Positions 12,566-26,289 of a DNA stretch of 64,000 nt are shown one piece after another. The notes under the pieces were generated by a model. It saw only the letters and a list, made by a program, of their open reading frames with translations, searched no databases and was not told the origin of the DNA. The position numbers and the translations under genes are program-made. The stretch lies in NCBI GenBank assembly GCA_964016885.1, contig OZ024742.1:153202001-153266000 (forward strand). Direction: 5' to 3'. This DNA is from Eledone cirrhosa. Lineage: Eukaryota. Positions within the stretch are counted from its first letter, which is position 1. Each line of letters starts with the position of its first letter.

Positions 12566-12996
12566 ATTTTATTTAGAAAGTGAGAGAGAGAGAGAAAGAG
12601 AAAGAGGGGAGATATAGAAAGAGAGTGAGGAAGAGACATAGATTAATATATAGGGAGAGAGTCAGAGAGATAACGTAGGGTGAGAGCATGAAAGACAGAT
12701 TTCCATGTGTGCTTTTGTGTGAATGCATGTGTCTTCATATGTTTGGCACGCGACATTCAGTGATATAACCTCAATCAAACAAACAAACACACGTTTTTAA
12801 TACAAGTTTCATGTTTTTCAATAATGTTTAATTAGTGTAATTTGTTTGAAATCAAATCAAATTGAAATTTCATTTAGAAAATATTAATAATATTTACAAC
12901 CCGAATGAATAAAACAGAAAATAATTAAACTTATATATGCTAGGTAAGTTCTGATTTCTCTCCACTTCACTCTTTCTCCGTGTATATATATATATG

Positions 12997-13104
<108 letters not shown>

Positions 13105-13384
13105 CCATGCGTGTAAGTGTGTGTGTTTGCTATTTATATAGATTAAAAATTGATGAAACTTTAAAATGTTGCATCTGTTATGCACCAATGTCTTAGTAGT
13201 CGTTTCTCGTAAATGACCTGTTTTAAAAAGCTTTTCAGTCAATAGGTAGATGCATAACGACTTGCATTTATAGAATCGTGGATTTATGGATTTAAATATA
13301 ATTACATGTCACATGTATAGCATACTACTCTATATATATATAAATATAAATGTATATATATATATATATAAATATATGTATATA

Positions 13385-13505
<121 letters not shown>

Positions 13506-13541
13506 GAATATTAACAAAATAGATATTCTTGTGATCAAGTA

Positions 13542-13600
13542 TATTTTATTATACATATTTCAGAGTTGACTTCAACACTACGTCTTCATCAGATAACATA
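13542..13600 (-). ncRNA. Hammerhead, same family as 14851, shortened stem II
   Basis: Revcomp TATGTTAT-CTGATGA-AGACGTAGTGTTGAAGTCAACTCT-GAAA-TATGTA-TA-ATAAAATA. Confidence 0.75.
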
Positions 13601-14850
13601 AGATGATGCATGACTACCCTCACAGAGTAGATGGTTAAGATTCAGACATGGTAGTGAGTAATATATGACAAAATTCAATGTTTATATACCTTAATATTGA
13701 GAACATGAGAAAAACATATAATACACACAGTAGAGAGGGTGCGCGTGAGACAGCTTAAAAAATACTTGATATCAATATAACTGTTAAATAATTTAAATTA
13801 CTGAAGAAAGAGGAAAGAAAAGAAAAAGTATAGAGGAAGACACAGTGAGTAGTTAGTAGGGGCCTAGAAAAACAAAGGAGAGTTGATTACAGAGAGAGAG
13901 AGAGATAAAGAGGAATAACTTATGTTCAAGTCTTTAGACAATTATCCATATATACAATATATATCTAAACATATCGGGTTGACCGTTAATATTCAAAATA
14001 TTTAATTTAAGTTCGTTCAGAGTAATGAATAATATTTTAGGTTTTAAAAGTTAATAAATATCTGTGTTAATATTAATGTATACTATCAAATTTAATTTCT
14101 AAAATAAAATTTTATGAAATCAAATTTAAAGGATTTACAAACACGAGAAAGAAAACATAATGTTTTACAACCTCACGAAGGTAAACTTTACCAGATTTAT
14201 TATATAATATTGACAATAGTTTATATAATATAATTTAGAAAATAATTACAGTTATAATTTTTAAGAATTTATGATTAAACATTTGAGGCGTTATAATTAA
14301 ACTTAAAATGGTCTGAATTTTAAATTACATATGAGTTTATAAAAGAAAATGCATAAAGATTATATTGTCTAAAAACTTAAGATGATACCTTTCACATATA
14401 CATAACATAATACAATATAGTAAATAAGTTACTGAAAATATTGTTAAAAATTTATGTTTTAGATCAATTATTGTAATAGGATCATTTAATATATATATAC
14501 TATAAATATATAAGTCAACACTTCATTAGTCCTAAGTATAAGGACTATATACAAAATAAAAAGTGAAAAAATAATGAATTGTTTGCGAAACATAAAAATG
14601 ACCAATATTAAAAAAATACAGTTTAAAATGCAAGAATGTTTTAATGAATTAATTTCAACTGTACGTCCTCATCAGATAAAATAAGATGATGCATGATATG
14701 CCCTGACATAGTAGATGGTTAAGATTCAGTTATGGTAGTGAGTATGACAAAACTATTAAGGTATATCAATATTGAGTTTTCTCATATACTACTCACTACC
14801 ATGACGGAATGTTAACCATCTACTATGTCAGGGTATGTCATGCATCATCT

Positions 14851-14917
14851 TATTTCATCTGATGAGGACGTACTGTTGAAGTTAACTCAGTACCTCTGAA
14901 ATATGTATAATAAAATA
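14851..14917 (+). ncRNA. Type I hammerhead in 5' pLTR, ~200 nt upstream of the PLE ATG
   Basis: TATTTCAT-CTGATGA-GGACGTACTG..CAGTACCTCT-GAAA-TATGTA-TA-ATAAAATA. Confidence 0.85.
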
Positions 14918-15119
14918 TACTTGATCACAAGAACATCTATTTTGTTAATATTTTGAATTAATATTAATAACTCCGGAAAACCAAACGGTTGAGTGCTTCC
15001 AATCTATTGTAACACTCATTCTTTGATTTATTCATTGAACTTTGTTTAACTTTTAAATATGTCTAGCTCCAAGCAGGTTGCGCGCTTTTCTCTACAATAG
15101 ATTGCATATTTAATAAATA

Positions 15120-17500
15120 ATGGAATTCTTCACCTTCCCGACATCTCTCAAGTATATACCTATACCATCTAATGAAGAATACATGGGGAAACTTATAGAA
15201 CAAACAAACTCTTTTATAAGAAGAGTGAGATGGCGCGCATTTCATTTCGATAATAAAGAAGCTAAAAGAAAAACCAACAACAATTATTTCGAAACTATCT
15301 TTAAATCTAGAAAGAATACACCTTACAACAAACTCCTGGAGGATTTTGAAACTGAAATGCTCAATATACTTAAGAAAAGTAAATTCAGGAAAAAACCCAT
15401 ATATAGGTCACCAATACCTTAGAACTTTAAAAGAAAAAATCTCGGATATAAAAAAAGTTAATAATTTATATGGGATAAATAAAGAAGAATATAATGATTT
15501 GATTTTAAAAGAACTAAGGAAGAATTATAAAAAAGCCCCTGCCGAAGATCTTTCAGACATGAATAATGATGCATATAAATTAATTGCAAAATTAGGAATT
15601 GAAGGAAGAACCGAGCCTCTTATTCCTAGACAGCCGAGGATTAATTTTAAAGATTACAAAAGAAACTTTGAGGAAGACCTGCCAGTTAGACTGATCGCTC
15701 CATCTAAATCGGATATTGGAGTAATCAGTAAGAATATTATTGATAGAATTCTACCAATTTTGAAATTGAAGTCTAAATTGAGCTTATGGAAGGACACCAA
15801 TGAAGTGATTGATTGGTATAAAATATAGATGATAAGAAAAACCATAAATTCATCCAAATGGACATAACAAGCTATTACTCTTCCATTACGCCTAACCTAC
15901 TAAACAAGGCTTTATCCTACGCTTACAAACATACATATCTAACTATGGATGAAATCGATATCATTATTAACTGCTAGAAGAACTCTAATTAATTTCAACA
16001 ATGAGTATTGGACCTGCTCAGACAGAAATAAATACTTTGTCATTACCATGGGATCATCGATCTCAGCTCAAGTCACGGATCTTCTGGGATTTTCAACTTA
16101 AATATGGTAAATAGAAAACTGCCGGAGATTACCGTTGGTTTATATAGGGACGATATTTTATTTACGGTTTTCAAACACAGCAATACAGAACTAAATAGGG
16201 TTAAGAAAAATAAAATTGAATTCTTTAAAAATTACGACTTTAAATTAGTGGTTGAAAGAAGTACCAAAGTAGTTAATTTCCTTGATGTTACCCTTAACTT
16301 AAACTCTAGTTTTTATTACCCTTTCCATAAGCCCAATGAAAACTTAAATTACGTTAGTTATTACTCTAATCACACTAAATCTGTAAAAAAATGCAATGGT
16401 CAATAGTGTACAGAAACGCATAACTGGAATATCTTCTAATAAATCAATATTTGATGAAAAAGCAGGATATTACAATGATGCGCTAAGAAAGGCAGGTTAT
16501 AAAAATAATATAGAATATATAGACAATAATAATTCGAATTTTAATCCTGATAAAAATAATAATAATTGTTTCTACTTTAGGCACAAGGCCAGCAATTATC
16601 CAGTACATTACTGGTACTTTATTTTATCGACCCCGTAAGGATGAAAGGCAAAGTCAACCTCGGCGGGATTTGAACTCAGATCGTAAAGGGACGTAACTAT
16701 ACTGGAAAGCATGGCGTCCGACCCTCTACCGATACTTGGCATGTATAAACGAAATTCTAAAAATTATAATTCAAACACCTGTACTGTGAATAAATCGGGG
16801 AAAAAAAACAAACTAAATCAGTTATATGGTTTGACCGCCCCTGCTTCTGTAGCAGTAAACACACCACTAGCTAATCTATTCTTTAAATCTTTAGATAATT
16901 CCTTCCCTATTCAACATAAAAACCGTTCCATATTTAATAGACACACAATTAAGGTTTCTTATTCTACAACTATGAATATGGCCCAAAACATCGCTAAACT
17001 AAATAGTAGAATTCTAAACCAAAATCAGCATAATAGTGTTAATAATAGTGTTAATATAAATAATAATAAATGGAAATGTAATTGTAGAAATAAACCAGAT
17101 TGCCCTCTGCAAAATAATTGTCTGGATAGAAATTTGGTGTATAAATGCACCGTAAAAGCTAATAACATACAACTACATAGGGGCAATTTCTTCGACATTT
17201 AAATAGAGATTTGCGAATCACAAATACTCGTTTTAGAATCCTAATAGGAAGTCTTCGACTTCTTTATCACAACTTATATGGTCATTAAAAGACAAAAATT
17301 TAAAATACTAATATTTTTGGACGAAGCTTTGTAATAGTAGAATCATATATCAGCTATATCAACTAACTGCAACCTCTGTACTAAAGAAACCCTATTAATA
17401 ATTACTAATTATGAAAACTTAATTAACAAAAAAGTGAATTATTCTCAGACTGCCTTCATAAAGCTTTGTCTACATTCCAAGCCTCGCCAAAAGTCAGGTA
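15120..17500 (+). pseudogene. Naiad PLE ORF (N-terminus, RT, linker, GIY-YIG), multiply frameshifted
   Basis: SLKYIPIPS...FIRRVRWRAFHF; LPVRLIAPSKSDIG; GLYRDD; VNFLDVTLNL; CNCRNKPDCPLQNNC; CNLC. Confidence 0.92.
16565..16740 (-). mobile_element. MetaSINE-type SINE inserted in the PLE ORF
   Basis: Reverse-complement homologue of 1343-1520 (CTGGTACTTTATTTTATCGACCCCGTAAGGATGAAAGGCAAAG...GATTTGAACTCAG). Confidence 0.88.
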
Positions 17501-19286
17501 GAAACACTAAACAAACAGGTTTAAATTTTTGACATCTCTTATTAACTGTTGTACCTAAAACGTTATGACAGTTTATACAACTTTAATAATACTTTATTTT
17601 CTAATCATTTATGATAGAATTAATGTTAGAATGAAGGGTCCTGTTTAGGTATATAAACATATTATTTGTTAACTTGTTCTCTTGATGAATATGCACACCT
17701 TTGGATTATTTTAGATATTTATAATTTAGATTCGGATCCTTATATATATTTGTCTTTGTTTTAAATATATAATTTAGATATATAACTTGTAAGATTACCG
17801 GTTATAATTGAACCGTAAATCATTCATGCATTTATATATTTTACTCATTTTGGGTAAGTTTTGGGACTCAGAAAGGTAGGTTTGCACATATATATTTTTT
17901 ATATATATTTTATACATATTTTAACCATACTAGTCGACAAATATTGGTCTCTCTTTCCACTGAACTGGAAGTAAAACTACAATTATAATATTTCTAATAA
18001 TGATTGTAACTATTTATTTATTATATGTATATCGTTTCACTAATACCTATAATACTCTCTATATATATTTGAAAAAATTTGTTTATCTAGTATAACATGC
18101 ACGTAGTTACATTTATAAGTAATTTAGATACTCAAATGACTCTCTATTGTTATAAGTGTTAGACATTTCCTTAATGTTCGAAATTATATAATGATTATTA
18201 CTTAATTTAATTTAATTTATTTTATTTTAATTAAATTTAGATTACCTTCGGGTCATTCAAATCCTTATCTCTTCTTTCGTGGGCATTTTAGAAGTATCTG
18301 TGGTCTACTCTATAATAAAACTCTCTTGCATTTTAAACTATACTTTTTTAATATTGTGCATTTTTATGTTTCGCAAACAATTCATTATTTTTTCACTTTT
18401 TATTTTGTATCTAGTTCTTATCCTTAGGACTCATGAAGTTTTGACTTATATATTTATAGTATATATCTATTAAATGATCGTATTACAATAATTGATCTAA
18501 AACATTAATTTTTTACAATATTTTCAGTAACTTATTTACTATATTGTATTATGTTATGTATATGTGAAAGGTATCATCTTAAGTTTTTAGACAATATAAT
18601 CTTTATGTATTTTCTTTTATAAACTCATATATGTAATTTAAAATTCAGACCATTTTAAGTTTAATTATAACGCCTCAAATGTTTAATCATAAATTCTTAA
18701 AAATTATAACTGTAATTATTTTCTAAATTATATTATATAAACTGTTGTCAATATTATATAATAAATTTGGTAAAGTTTACCTTCGTGAGGTTGTAAAAAC
18801 ATTATGTTTTCTTTCTCGTGTTTGTAAATCCTTTAAATTTGATTTCATAAAATTTTATTTTAGGAATTAAATTTGATAGTATACTTTAATATTAATACAG
18901 ATACTTATTAACTTTTAAAACCTAAAATATTATTCATTACTCTGAACGAAATTAAATAAAATATTTTGAATATTAACGGTCAACCCGATATGTTTAGATA
19001 TATATTGTATATATGGATAATTGACTAAAGACTTGAACATAAATTATTCCTCTTTATCTCTCTCTCTCTGTAATCAACTCTCCTTTGTTTTTCTAGGCCC
19101 CTATGCTTTTCTTTTCTTTCCTCTTTCTTCAGTAATTTAAATTATTTAACAGTTATTTCGATGCCAAGTATTTTTTAAGCTGTCTCTTTGAAATTAGAAA
19201 TTATAAGCTTTCACCGTATTTTAGACTAAATACATTTCTAGCCTGATAGTGGGGTTTATAACCCTCGGAGAAATATATATATATAG

Positions 19287-19655
19287 AGAGAAAATTGAGT
19301 TTGGTAATGGCACATGGAATATATAAGAGACAGAATACTTTTTTGTGAAAAAACATATAATTTTATAAGATAAGGAAATAATTTAGCAGTCAACGAGCTG
19401 CTAAACGAGCTGCTACCAAGATGAAAAATACTGTGAAATCCCACAATGAATTTTATACTTGAATTTTCAAATCTCAAATGATAACTTTTCTTATTATAAA
19501 TTTTTCTTAATATTAATTAACATTTGAAAATATGGCTTTTGCAGACCCATCGAAACCGGTCATTTTATATACCCTTTATTATTTCCTTACCTTATAAAAT
19601 TATATGTTTTTTCACTTATATATTCCATGTGCCATTACCAACCTCAATTTTCTCT
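19287..19655 (+). mobile_element. ORF-less fold-back mini-element with internal hammerhead
   Basis: Inverted arms 19287-19384/19577-19655 (short indel); HHR just before the right arm. Confidence 0.75.
19518..19567 (+). ncRNA. Minimal hammerhead with U3:A8 core
   Basis: TAACAT-TTGAAAA-TATGGCTTT TGC AGACCCATC-GAAA-CCGG-TC-ATTTTA; GUC site at 19561. Confidence 0.7.
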
Positions 19656-19686
19656 ATAACCTTCGTTTTGTGTAGTAAATTACACT

Positions 19687-19734
<48 letters not shown>

Positions 19735-19828
19735 TGAAGAATGTGTGGTTTAGAAACCATGTGGACCATAACGCACCAGAGTACTCGATAACTTGGGTAA
19801 TAGAATGGGTAATCGGAAAATATTCAGG

Positions 19829-19923
19829 ACCCCGACGGCAGAGCTCAAGCCATTTCGACGACTATTTCTGGACTAAATTAAAATTTTCGCGTGGTAATGA
19901 AATAGCCGATCTTTACAAGGGGT
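19829..19923 (-). ncRNA. Hammerhead with full stem III, U3:A8-type core (TTGTAAA)
   Basis: Revcomp ACCCC-TTGTAAA-GATCGGCTATTTC..GAAATAGTCGTC-GAAA-TGGC..GCCG-TC-GGGGT. Confidence 0.65.
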
Positions 19924-21068
19924 AATTCCATATATGGGCATGCGATAATTAGGTATTTCACAATGATTGGTCGAACTTTCTTATAAACATAGTTAAGTCC
20001 TTCATGTGGAACTTGCATGTAGAACAATAAGGGAGTGGGTGAAGCCGGCCAGGCGTTAAAAGTAAAATCTATACACAAAATTCTAAGGAGTGTGGGTGAA
20101 ATAGGCTACCTAGAAAGCAAGCGAAAATAGAATTATACAGGAATCTGAAAATTATAAAATTAAAAAACGAAAGCCTATATAGGATTAACCGTCTGTGACT
20201 TTAAGACCCGGCTCTACCAACACCGACATACGTTCTGAAACCCGGCCCGGCAACGTGCCATTACACTTTCGGCCACATCTGGCACCTCCAAGATAATAAC
20301 ATCACACACCATCTTACTTGGAGCTTACTTTCCAGGGCTAACTCCTACTCGGGAGGACGCCGTCCGTGTAACTTATGCTCGGAGGAAACAATACAAATGT
20401 TGTTTACGAAGGAACAACTCCTAAACAAAAAAGATGAATTTGTAAACCCATGTAAACACCGATTGCGTAGGACTTACCTTGACTTCAAACCCCCTCATGA
20501 CCCGGGGGTGGTAGTGACAGTGGCTGTAATATCCTTCATTTCCCCACATGCCGAACAAGATATGGGAAACCAAAACATACATAGGTAGATGCAATTATTT
20601 TCTTTTTTCCCTTTATCCCTTCCTCTCACTTGCCTCACTACCTCTCCTCTTCCTTTTCCTTTTTCCTCTTTCCCTTACCCCGAAGCAGTCCATCGGGCTT
20701 TTGTAGCCTCAGTACCCCCATCCCCGCGAATTCTATATAACATTGGCTGAAAACGCAACACCAGCTACAAATATAACAGTTGTTTTAGACTCTAGTTTTT
20801 TAAATTTTATAATTTTCAGATTCCTGTAGAATTCTTTTTTCGCGTGCTTTCTAGCTAGCCTATTTTATTCACATTCCTTATAATTTCGTGTATAGATTTT
20901 TCTTTTAACGATTGACCGGCTTCACCCAAACTTGGACTACAGGTAAGTTCACCCCCAAAAAACCAACCCCACCCCTAACGACCGCCATGTAAGACTTAAC
21001 TGTGTTTACAAGAAAGTTCGATCACTACTTTTCAAATACCTGATTATCACATGCCCATATATGAAATT

Positions 21069-21163
21069 ACCCCTCGAAAAGCTCGGTTATGTCATCCCCA
21101 CAGTAAAATTTGAATTTAGTCCAGAAATCACCGTCGAAACGGCTTGAACTCTGCCGTCGGGAT
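21069..21163 (+). ncRNA. Hammerhead, partner of 19829 (core TCGAAAA)
   Basis: ACCCC-TCGAAAA-G..CGTC-GAAA-CGGC TTGAACTCT GCCG-TC-GGGAT. Confidence 0.65.
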
Positions 21164-21175
21164 CCTGAATGTTTT

Positions 21176-21215
<40 letters not shown>

Positions 21216-21231
21216 AGAGCCCCGGGTTCAG

Positions 21232-21314
<83 letters not shown>

Positions 21315-21376
21315 AATATGTTGATTTAAAACTGCACTATCCACAAGTGTTTTTTAGCCTTCATATCATGTTCTCC

Positions 21377-21447
21377 TGTTTTATCTGATGAAAACACAAA
21401 TATTATTGCATGATGATGTTTGTTTTTGAAATGCGCATAATAAAATA
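21377..21447 (+). ncRNA. Type I hammerhead in a solo ~175-bp unit between two (TA)n tracts
   Basis: TGTTTTAT-CTGATGA-AAACACAAATATTATT GCAT GATGATGTTTGTTTTT-GAAA-TGCGCA-TA-ATAAAATA. Confidence 0.88.
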
Positions 21448-21477
21448 TATGGAACTCCTTTAACCATCTTTTGATCT

Positions 21478-21571
<94 letters not shown>

Positions 21572-21749
21572 ATGCATACATGCATAAATGTATTCACTTA
21601 TATATATATATATACTCAACTATACACACATGGATACATGAATTCGTATATAGCAGCTAATTTAGAAAGTAAAAATCTGTATTTTGCAAATTGAATAACA
21701 CAAGGCCGCAGCAATATCATTACCAAATATGGGAAACATTTTTATTGAA

Positions 21750-23400
21750 TGCCCCTTAGGTAAAAGCATCGAAGTTCATTTGTGAAAAAAACGTTCAGAG
21801 AAATCAAGCAGAATAGAATCATAGAAAATATTCCATGCCGGATCAAATTAATTGCATTGGTTCTCTCATCTAAACAATATCAGTAATTCTCTCTAAAATC
21901 CCAGTTGAATGCCTTAGAAATATGCACATACAGCTTTGATCATTTTGTGTAAACAAAAAAGAATGTTGTCTGCTATTCTGCTATTTACATTAGGTAATCT
22001 CTCTCATACTTAGCCTGGGAAACAACCTCAACAATAAATGCAGTAACAGGGACATTCCTCCCTATCGTCTACACACACATTCTACTTGCATATGTATATG
22101 TATATATGGAGACGTAACACATTGTAGGGTAGTACGGGTGTCACTGTACCAAAAGGTGTGTCATGGTCATTTAAATCCGGTGGGACCCAAACACGTCCGG
22201 GGCTGAACAAAACCATTTCTATCAGAGAAGATGAAATACTGACATAGTGATGATTGAAAAAGTGGTAAACAGAATGAATCGGCACGACACAGGACCTGTG
22301 CACTTTCTATCGACTTCGTAATACTGAAATCAGATTTTAGGTCGGCTCCATTTGATATCAAACCATAGAGATCTGGAACGAATAACGCAAAGCATTCCAT
22401 CCAACGTTCTAAAGACTCTTTGAATTTTCGCGCTGCTTACATACAAGTATCATTATATAGAAGATTTGTAGCTGATGTTTCTTTGCCTCTCTCTAAATCG
22501 ACCTTGCTTTAGTAGTCGTATTACACGCACGTGGGTGGTCAAATGACTAGTGCTGTCACACACTGACTAGATGAGACCCATGCCGGCTTATTTTGGATGC
22601 AGTTATGTATCTAATAACATACGGTATGAATAATTTGACTGTACACACTTCTTCACTGTGTATTCCATTCCTGTAAGACTGACGGAGGTTATAGTTGGTG
22701 TGAACATTTGTGATGTTGCAATATATCCTGGAACATTGTTCTGTGTCATTATATCTACAGTGATCCTGTATATATAATGTACAGATGATTGTTATATTGT
22801 CAGGACTGCGTACTCGTGATAGGATTTTGGTGCGGGTGTTGTATTTGTTTTAGATGCTTTATCTTTGTAATTTGTGGAGTTGATTTTCCTCGTAGTGACA
22901 GGGAATGTAGTCTGCAATACACTTACGATATTTCTGTCCTTTTCTGTTGAGTACATTTACGATCTTGCTTCTAAGCCAATATAGTAATTAACTATATCAT
23001 TCTGCAAAATGTTTCTAATGATTTCCATTTGCATATGTATCATGGGACTAGTTTGTTCTGCAACATCTTGTATTATTTGTCTTACTTATCGGTACTTATT
23101 GGAGGATTTGTGACATATATATACGTCTCAGCAATAATTCAATTCCATATTTCCCCCACATTTGAATACGATCCTACGAGATATATCATATTACAATAGA
23201 ACTGAAATTATTTTCTTTCTCATTATTCATCTTCTATTAGTTTGATATTCTCAATCTGAGTGCACCATTACGTATTTCGTATATAATCAAATTTCTCTAA
23301 ATAACTATATTATTCAGCAGAATAACCTGGATGATTTTCGTTGATGGTTTCGCACGTTTTAACATCGTCCATCCCATAATAAACCCAGAGAAAATAATAC
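21750..23400 (-). mobile_element. Possible ancient Helitron Rep-region relic
   Basis: Scattered translated bits (IRYITASK...HLTTHV resembling RYISxxEA...HLAVHL); very decayed. Confidence 0.3.
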
Positions 23401-25346
23401 TGAAGAAAATAATAAATTACAGTTAAGCATATATTAATAGTAACGAGAAAATCTGTTCCTCTTTAGGAGTGAACGAAATGCGAAGTCGTTGAGCAAATAT
23501 TATTACTGGAAGATCAGCTTATAGTTACACTAGACTGATTCAGTCTCTGCACACGAAAATAAAAATCCTCAAAATTATTTCCGCGCCTGCAGTGTTTATC
23601 CACAACCCTCTACAGTAGCAATGTGAGGGAGAGATATTTCTTGAAATATTACCCGTGTAAGGAGCAATCCAGCTTAGATTGTTGTTTTACATTGGTTTTT
23701 AGTATTTCTTCGAAAAGGTTTTTCCAACTTAGAATGCATGCGTGTGGGAAATGCAGATTTTATTACTTGACTTCTAATAGCCTATAGGGAATGCACATGG
23801 CTTATCGGGTAGGGTGTAGCAAGTTTGATAAACGGAGGGAGGGATTAGCAGAACATGGAGCTTGGAAGTAGAGATCAAATATGAAAGACTTCTATCTGTT
23901 TAGATAAAAAAAGCGGCAAGTATATGAAAATATGAATGATCAATTTTGATGATCTCAGGGGAATGAGCCTCAGTAGATGATAAACATATACCCGCAAAGA
24001 CTGCCAATAATGAGAAATGTATCCGTTTAATGTAAGTAAAAACATTAAAAAAATAAATAAAACGAAACCTTGTTTAAAAGTAATCTAAGTAACCGGACTT
24101 AATAATGTCATTTGTATACCTCTGACGGTAATATTTCTAGCTAGCATATATTAGTATGAAAAGCAAGCTGAAAGATTACATAATTAAAAGAAGACAAACA
24201 CAGTAAGCATAATATATATACCGTACATTCTTTTTTTGTGAAAGGAATTAAAGAAATTTAAAAGATGAAATCACATATACAATGAAGGAACCTCTATGAT
24301 TTTACTCGAAATGCTAGGAGTAACTGATTATCCCCCAAACCGCAACCATTTGTCTGAAACATACTAGAAGTTTCGATAGAAAATTGACTTCTAGGTGGCA
24401 CTTAATCACAAGTGGTGCGCATGGTTCGAATGCCATTGATCTTAAACATCTTGCATCACCGTTGCTTTGAGGCTTAATAACTAAGCCAAATATTTTGATA
24501 TATATCATATAACATGTTATAAGGTTTATAGCGGACAGAAAAGCACTAGGACATAATAGTGAAGTCAATAAAGAATTAGCAAATATTTGAAAACGATTGC
24601 CACATATTAGTATGATAATACGTTCTTCACCAACTTTAAAAGAATATAACTGGAATTAAACTAAATAAAACTGAAATTTACGGAGATAGCGTTTTTATAT
24701 AACGATGTGAAAATAGCATATCCATAACACAGGACGAATAGATAAATGGAGACGTAATATACAATACTCCTTTCCAAATGGAAAATGATGCAGTGTTTGA
24801 ATTCATTGAAAACGTTCCGTTAACAATCAAAGGTAAAGGAAAGCATGCGTTTGATCAATGTATTTAAAACATACCAGCGACATTTCTTTCAGTGGTAAAT
24901 CTACTTTCGTCGAAAATATTACATCTGAAAATGTGTTCCCTTTTGGTGTATTCAGCATAGGAAAAGAATAGATGACCAATACACGAACGTCTATTTTAAC
25001 AAAGTAGATACAGTTATATCAGACTTCATAACTTAATATGTATTAGCAAAAAAACATTTGAAGATTGAACACAAATTTGTCAATTTTGTCACCTCAGTAA
25101 TTATAAGCATACATTGGATTATGTCATGTTATTTTTACCGAACCACAAATTCTAGTGACTAACCATATTGGTAAATATTAAACCCCGAGGAATACCAAAC
25201 CAGCTATGAAAACAGATAATATCCTACATGTTTAATATCATTGTTATGTAAATAAATAACTCTTCCAATAATACATGTGTAAATATATATCTATCTATAC
25301 GTATATATGAATACACACACACACACACACACACATACACACACAT

Positions 25347-25378
<32 letters not shown>

Positions 25379-25594
25379 GTGTGTGTGTGTATGTATACTG
25401 TCTTCGTCACCTAGTAAATATGGAGAGGGTAAAGGGGGCACGTTACTCAAACAGGCCTTCTAGAAGCAACCCTCTAGTATAGCACTTGTGAAGAATGACG
25501 GGGTGTATAGTAACATATTACTTAATTTTATAATTCGTTAATGACAGCATTTTATGAGAAGTTTTCAGCAATCTGTTGCTACTGCTATCACTTC

Positions 25595-25633
25595 TCGTTG
25601 TTGTCGTTTTTGTTGCTGTTTTTGTTGTTGTTT

Positions 25634-25665
<32 letters not shown>

Positions 25666-26280
25666 CTTCTTCTTCTTCTTCTTCTTCTTCTTCTTCTTCT
25701 TCTTCTTCTTCTTCTTCTTCTTCTTCTTCTTCTTCTTCTTCTTCTTCTTCTTCTTCTTCCTGAGAGGATCGTGGGAGCAGAGTCCTCAAACACTTATTTT
25801 CAGTGAGTACAGTTGGAAGCAACCGTCTCCAATTGATCTGGCTGGATCCCTACACGAGACAGCCAACTTCATGGAAATATCCAGCCATCTTGCTCGGGGT
25901 CTACACCTAGGAATCCTGCTTGTTGTCTTTGTTCATCGAATCTATCCATCGATTTATTCATGAGACATTCCAATTACATGTCCGTGGTATCACGACTGAC
26001 GGGTGTAAAATCTGTCGGCTGGAATATGCAGACCACATGGTGTTATTTAACTCGACAGAAGGTGATCACCGACTTCCATTTGATAGGTTTGTTCCCAAGT
26101 GCTGCATCGCTGGAATTAAATCCAGTGCTACGAAAACTGAAACAATCTTCCTGTGCATAGAAACCTGTGCAATGCACTCTGCATGTGAATGAAATTCCAA
26201 TGAAGCAGGTGGAACATGTTAATTATCTCGGAGACGTCTTCAAGATTAATGGAAACCAGGAGACTAAATTAAATGCAAGT
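25595..26280 (-). mobile_element. RTE-clade LINE 3' end with (GAA)n(CAA)n tail and inverted RT fragment
   Basis: Minus 25760-25925 reads RPRARWLD...TLLPRSSQE into the triplet tail; plus 25926-26280 reads LEYADHMVL...DRF...KTET, QVEHVNYLG. Confidence 0.75.
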
Positions 26281-26289
26281 CCATCTGAG

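Larger units (their letters stand above)
19735..21177 (+). mobile_element. 5'-truncated Naiad PLE (GIY-YIG relic ~20169-20510) with inverted 3' copy
   Basis: KAYIGLTVCDFKTRLYQH...IWHLQDNN...RRPCNLCSEE...CKHR; arms 19815-20168/20795-21177; (TA)n both sides; tail 19735-19822 recurs inverted at 54762-54847. Confidence 0.88.

Noticed and set aside
13145-13286. TTGATGA plus long imperfect hairpin
   Set aside because: No GAAA/UH in register
19232-19282. CTGATAG-TGGGGTTTATAACCCTC-GGAGAAA-TATATA
   Set aside because: Both core halves are disrupted and stem I is missing
25518-25963. Poly-R/E/Q/S/L/F ORFs
   Set aside because: Triplet-repeat tail of an RTE element
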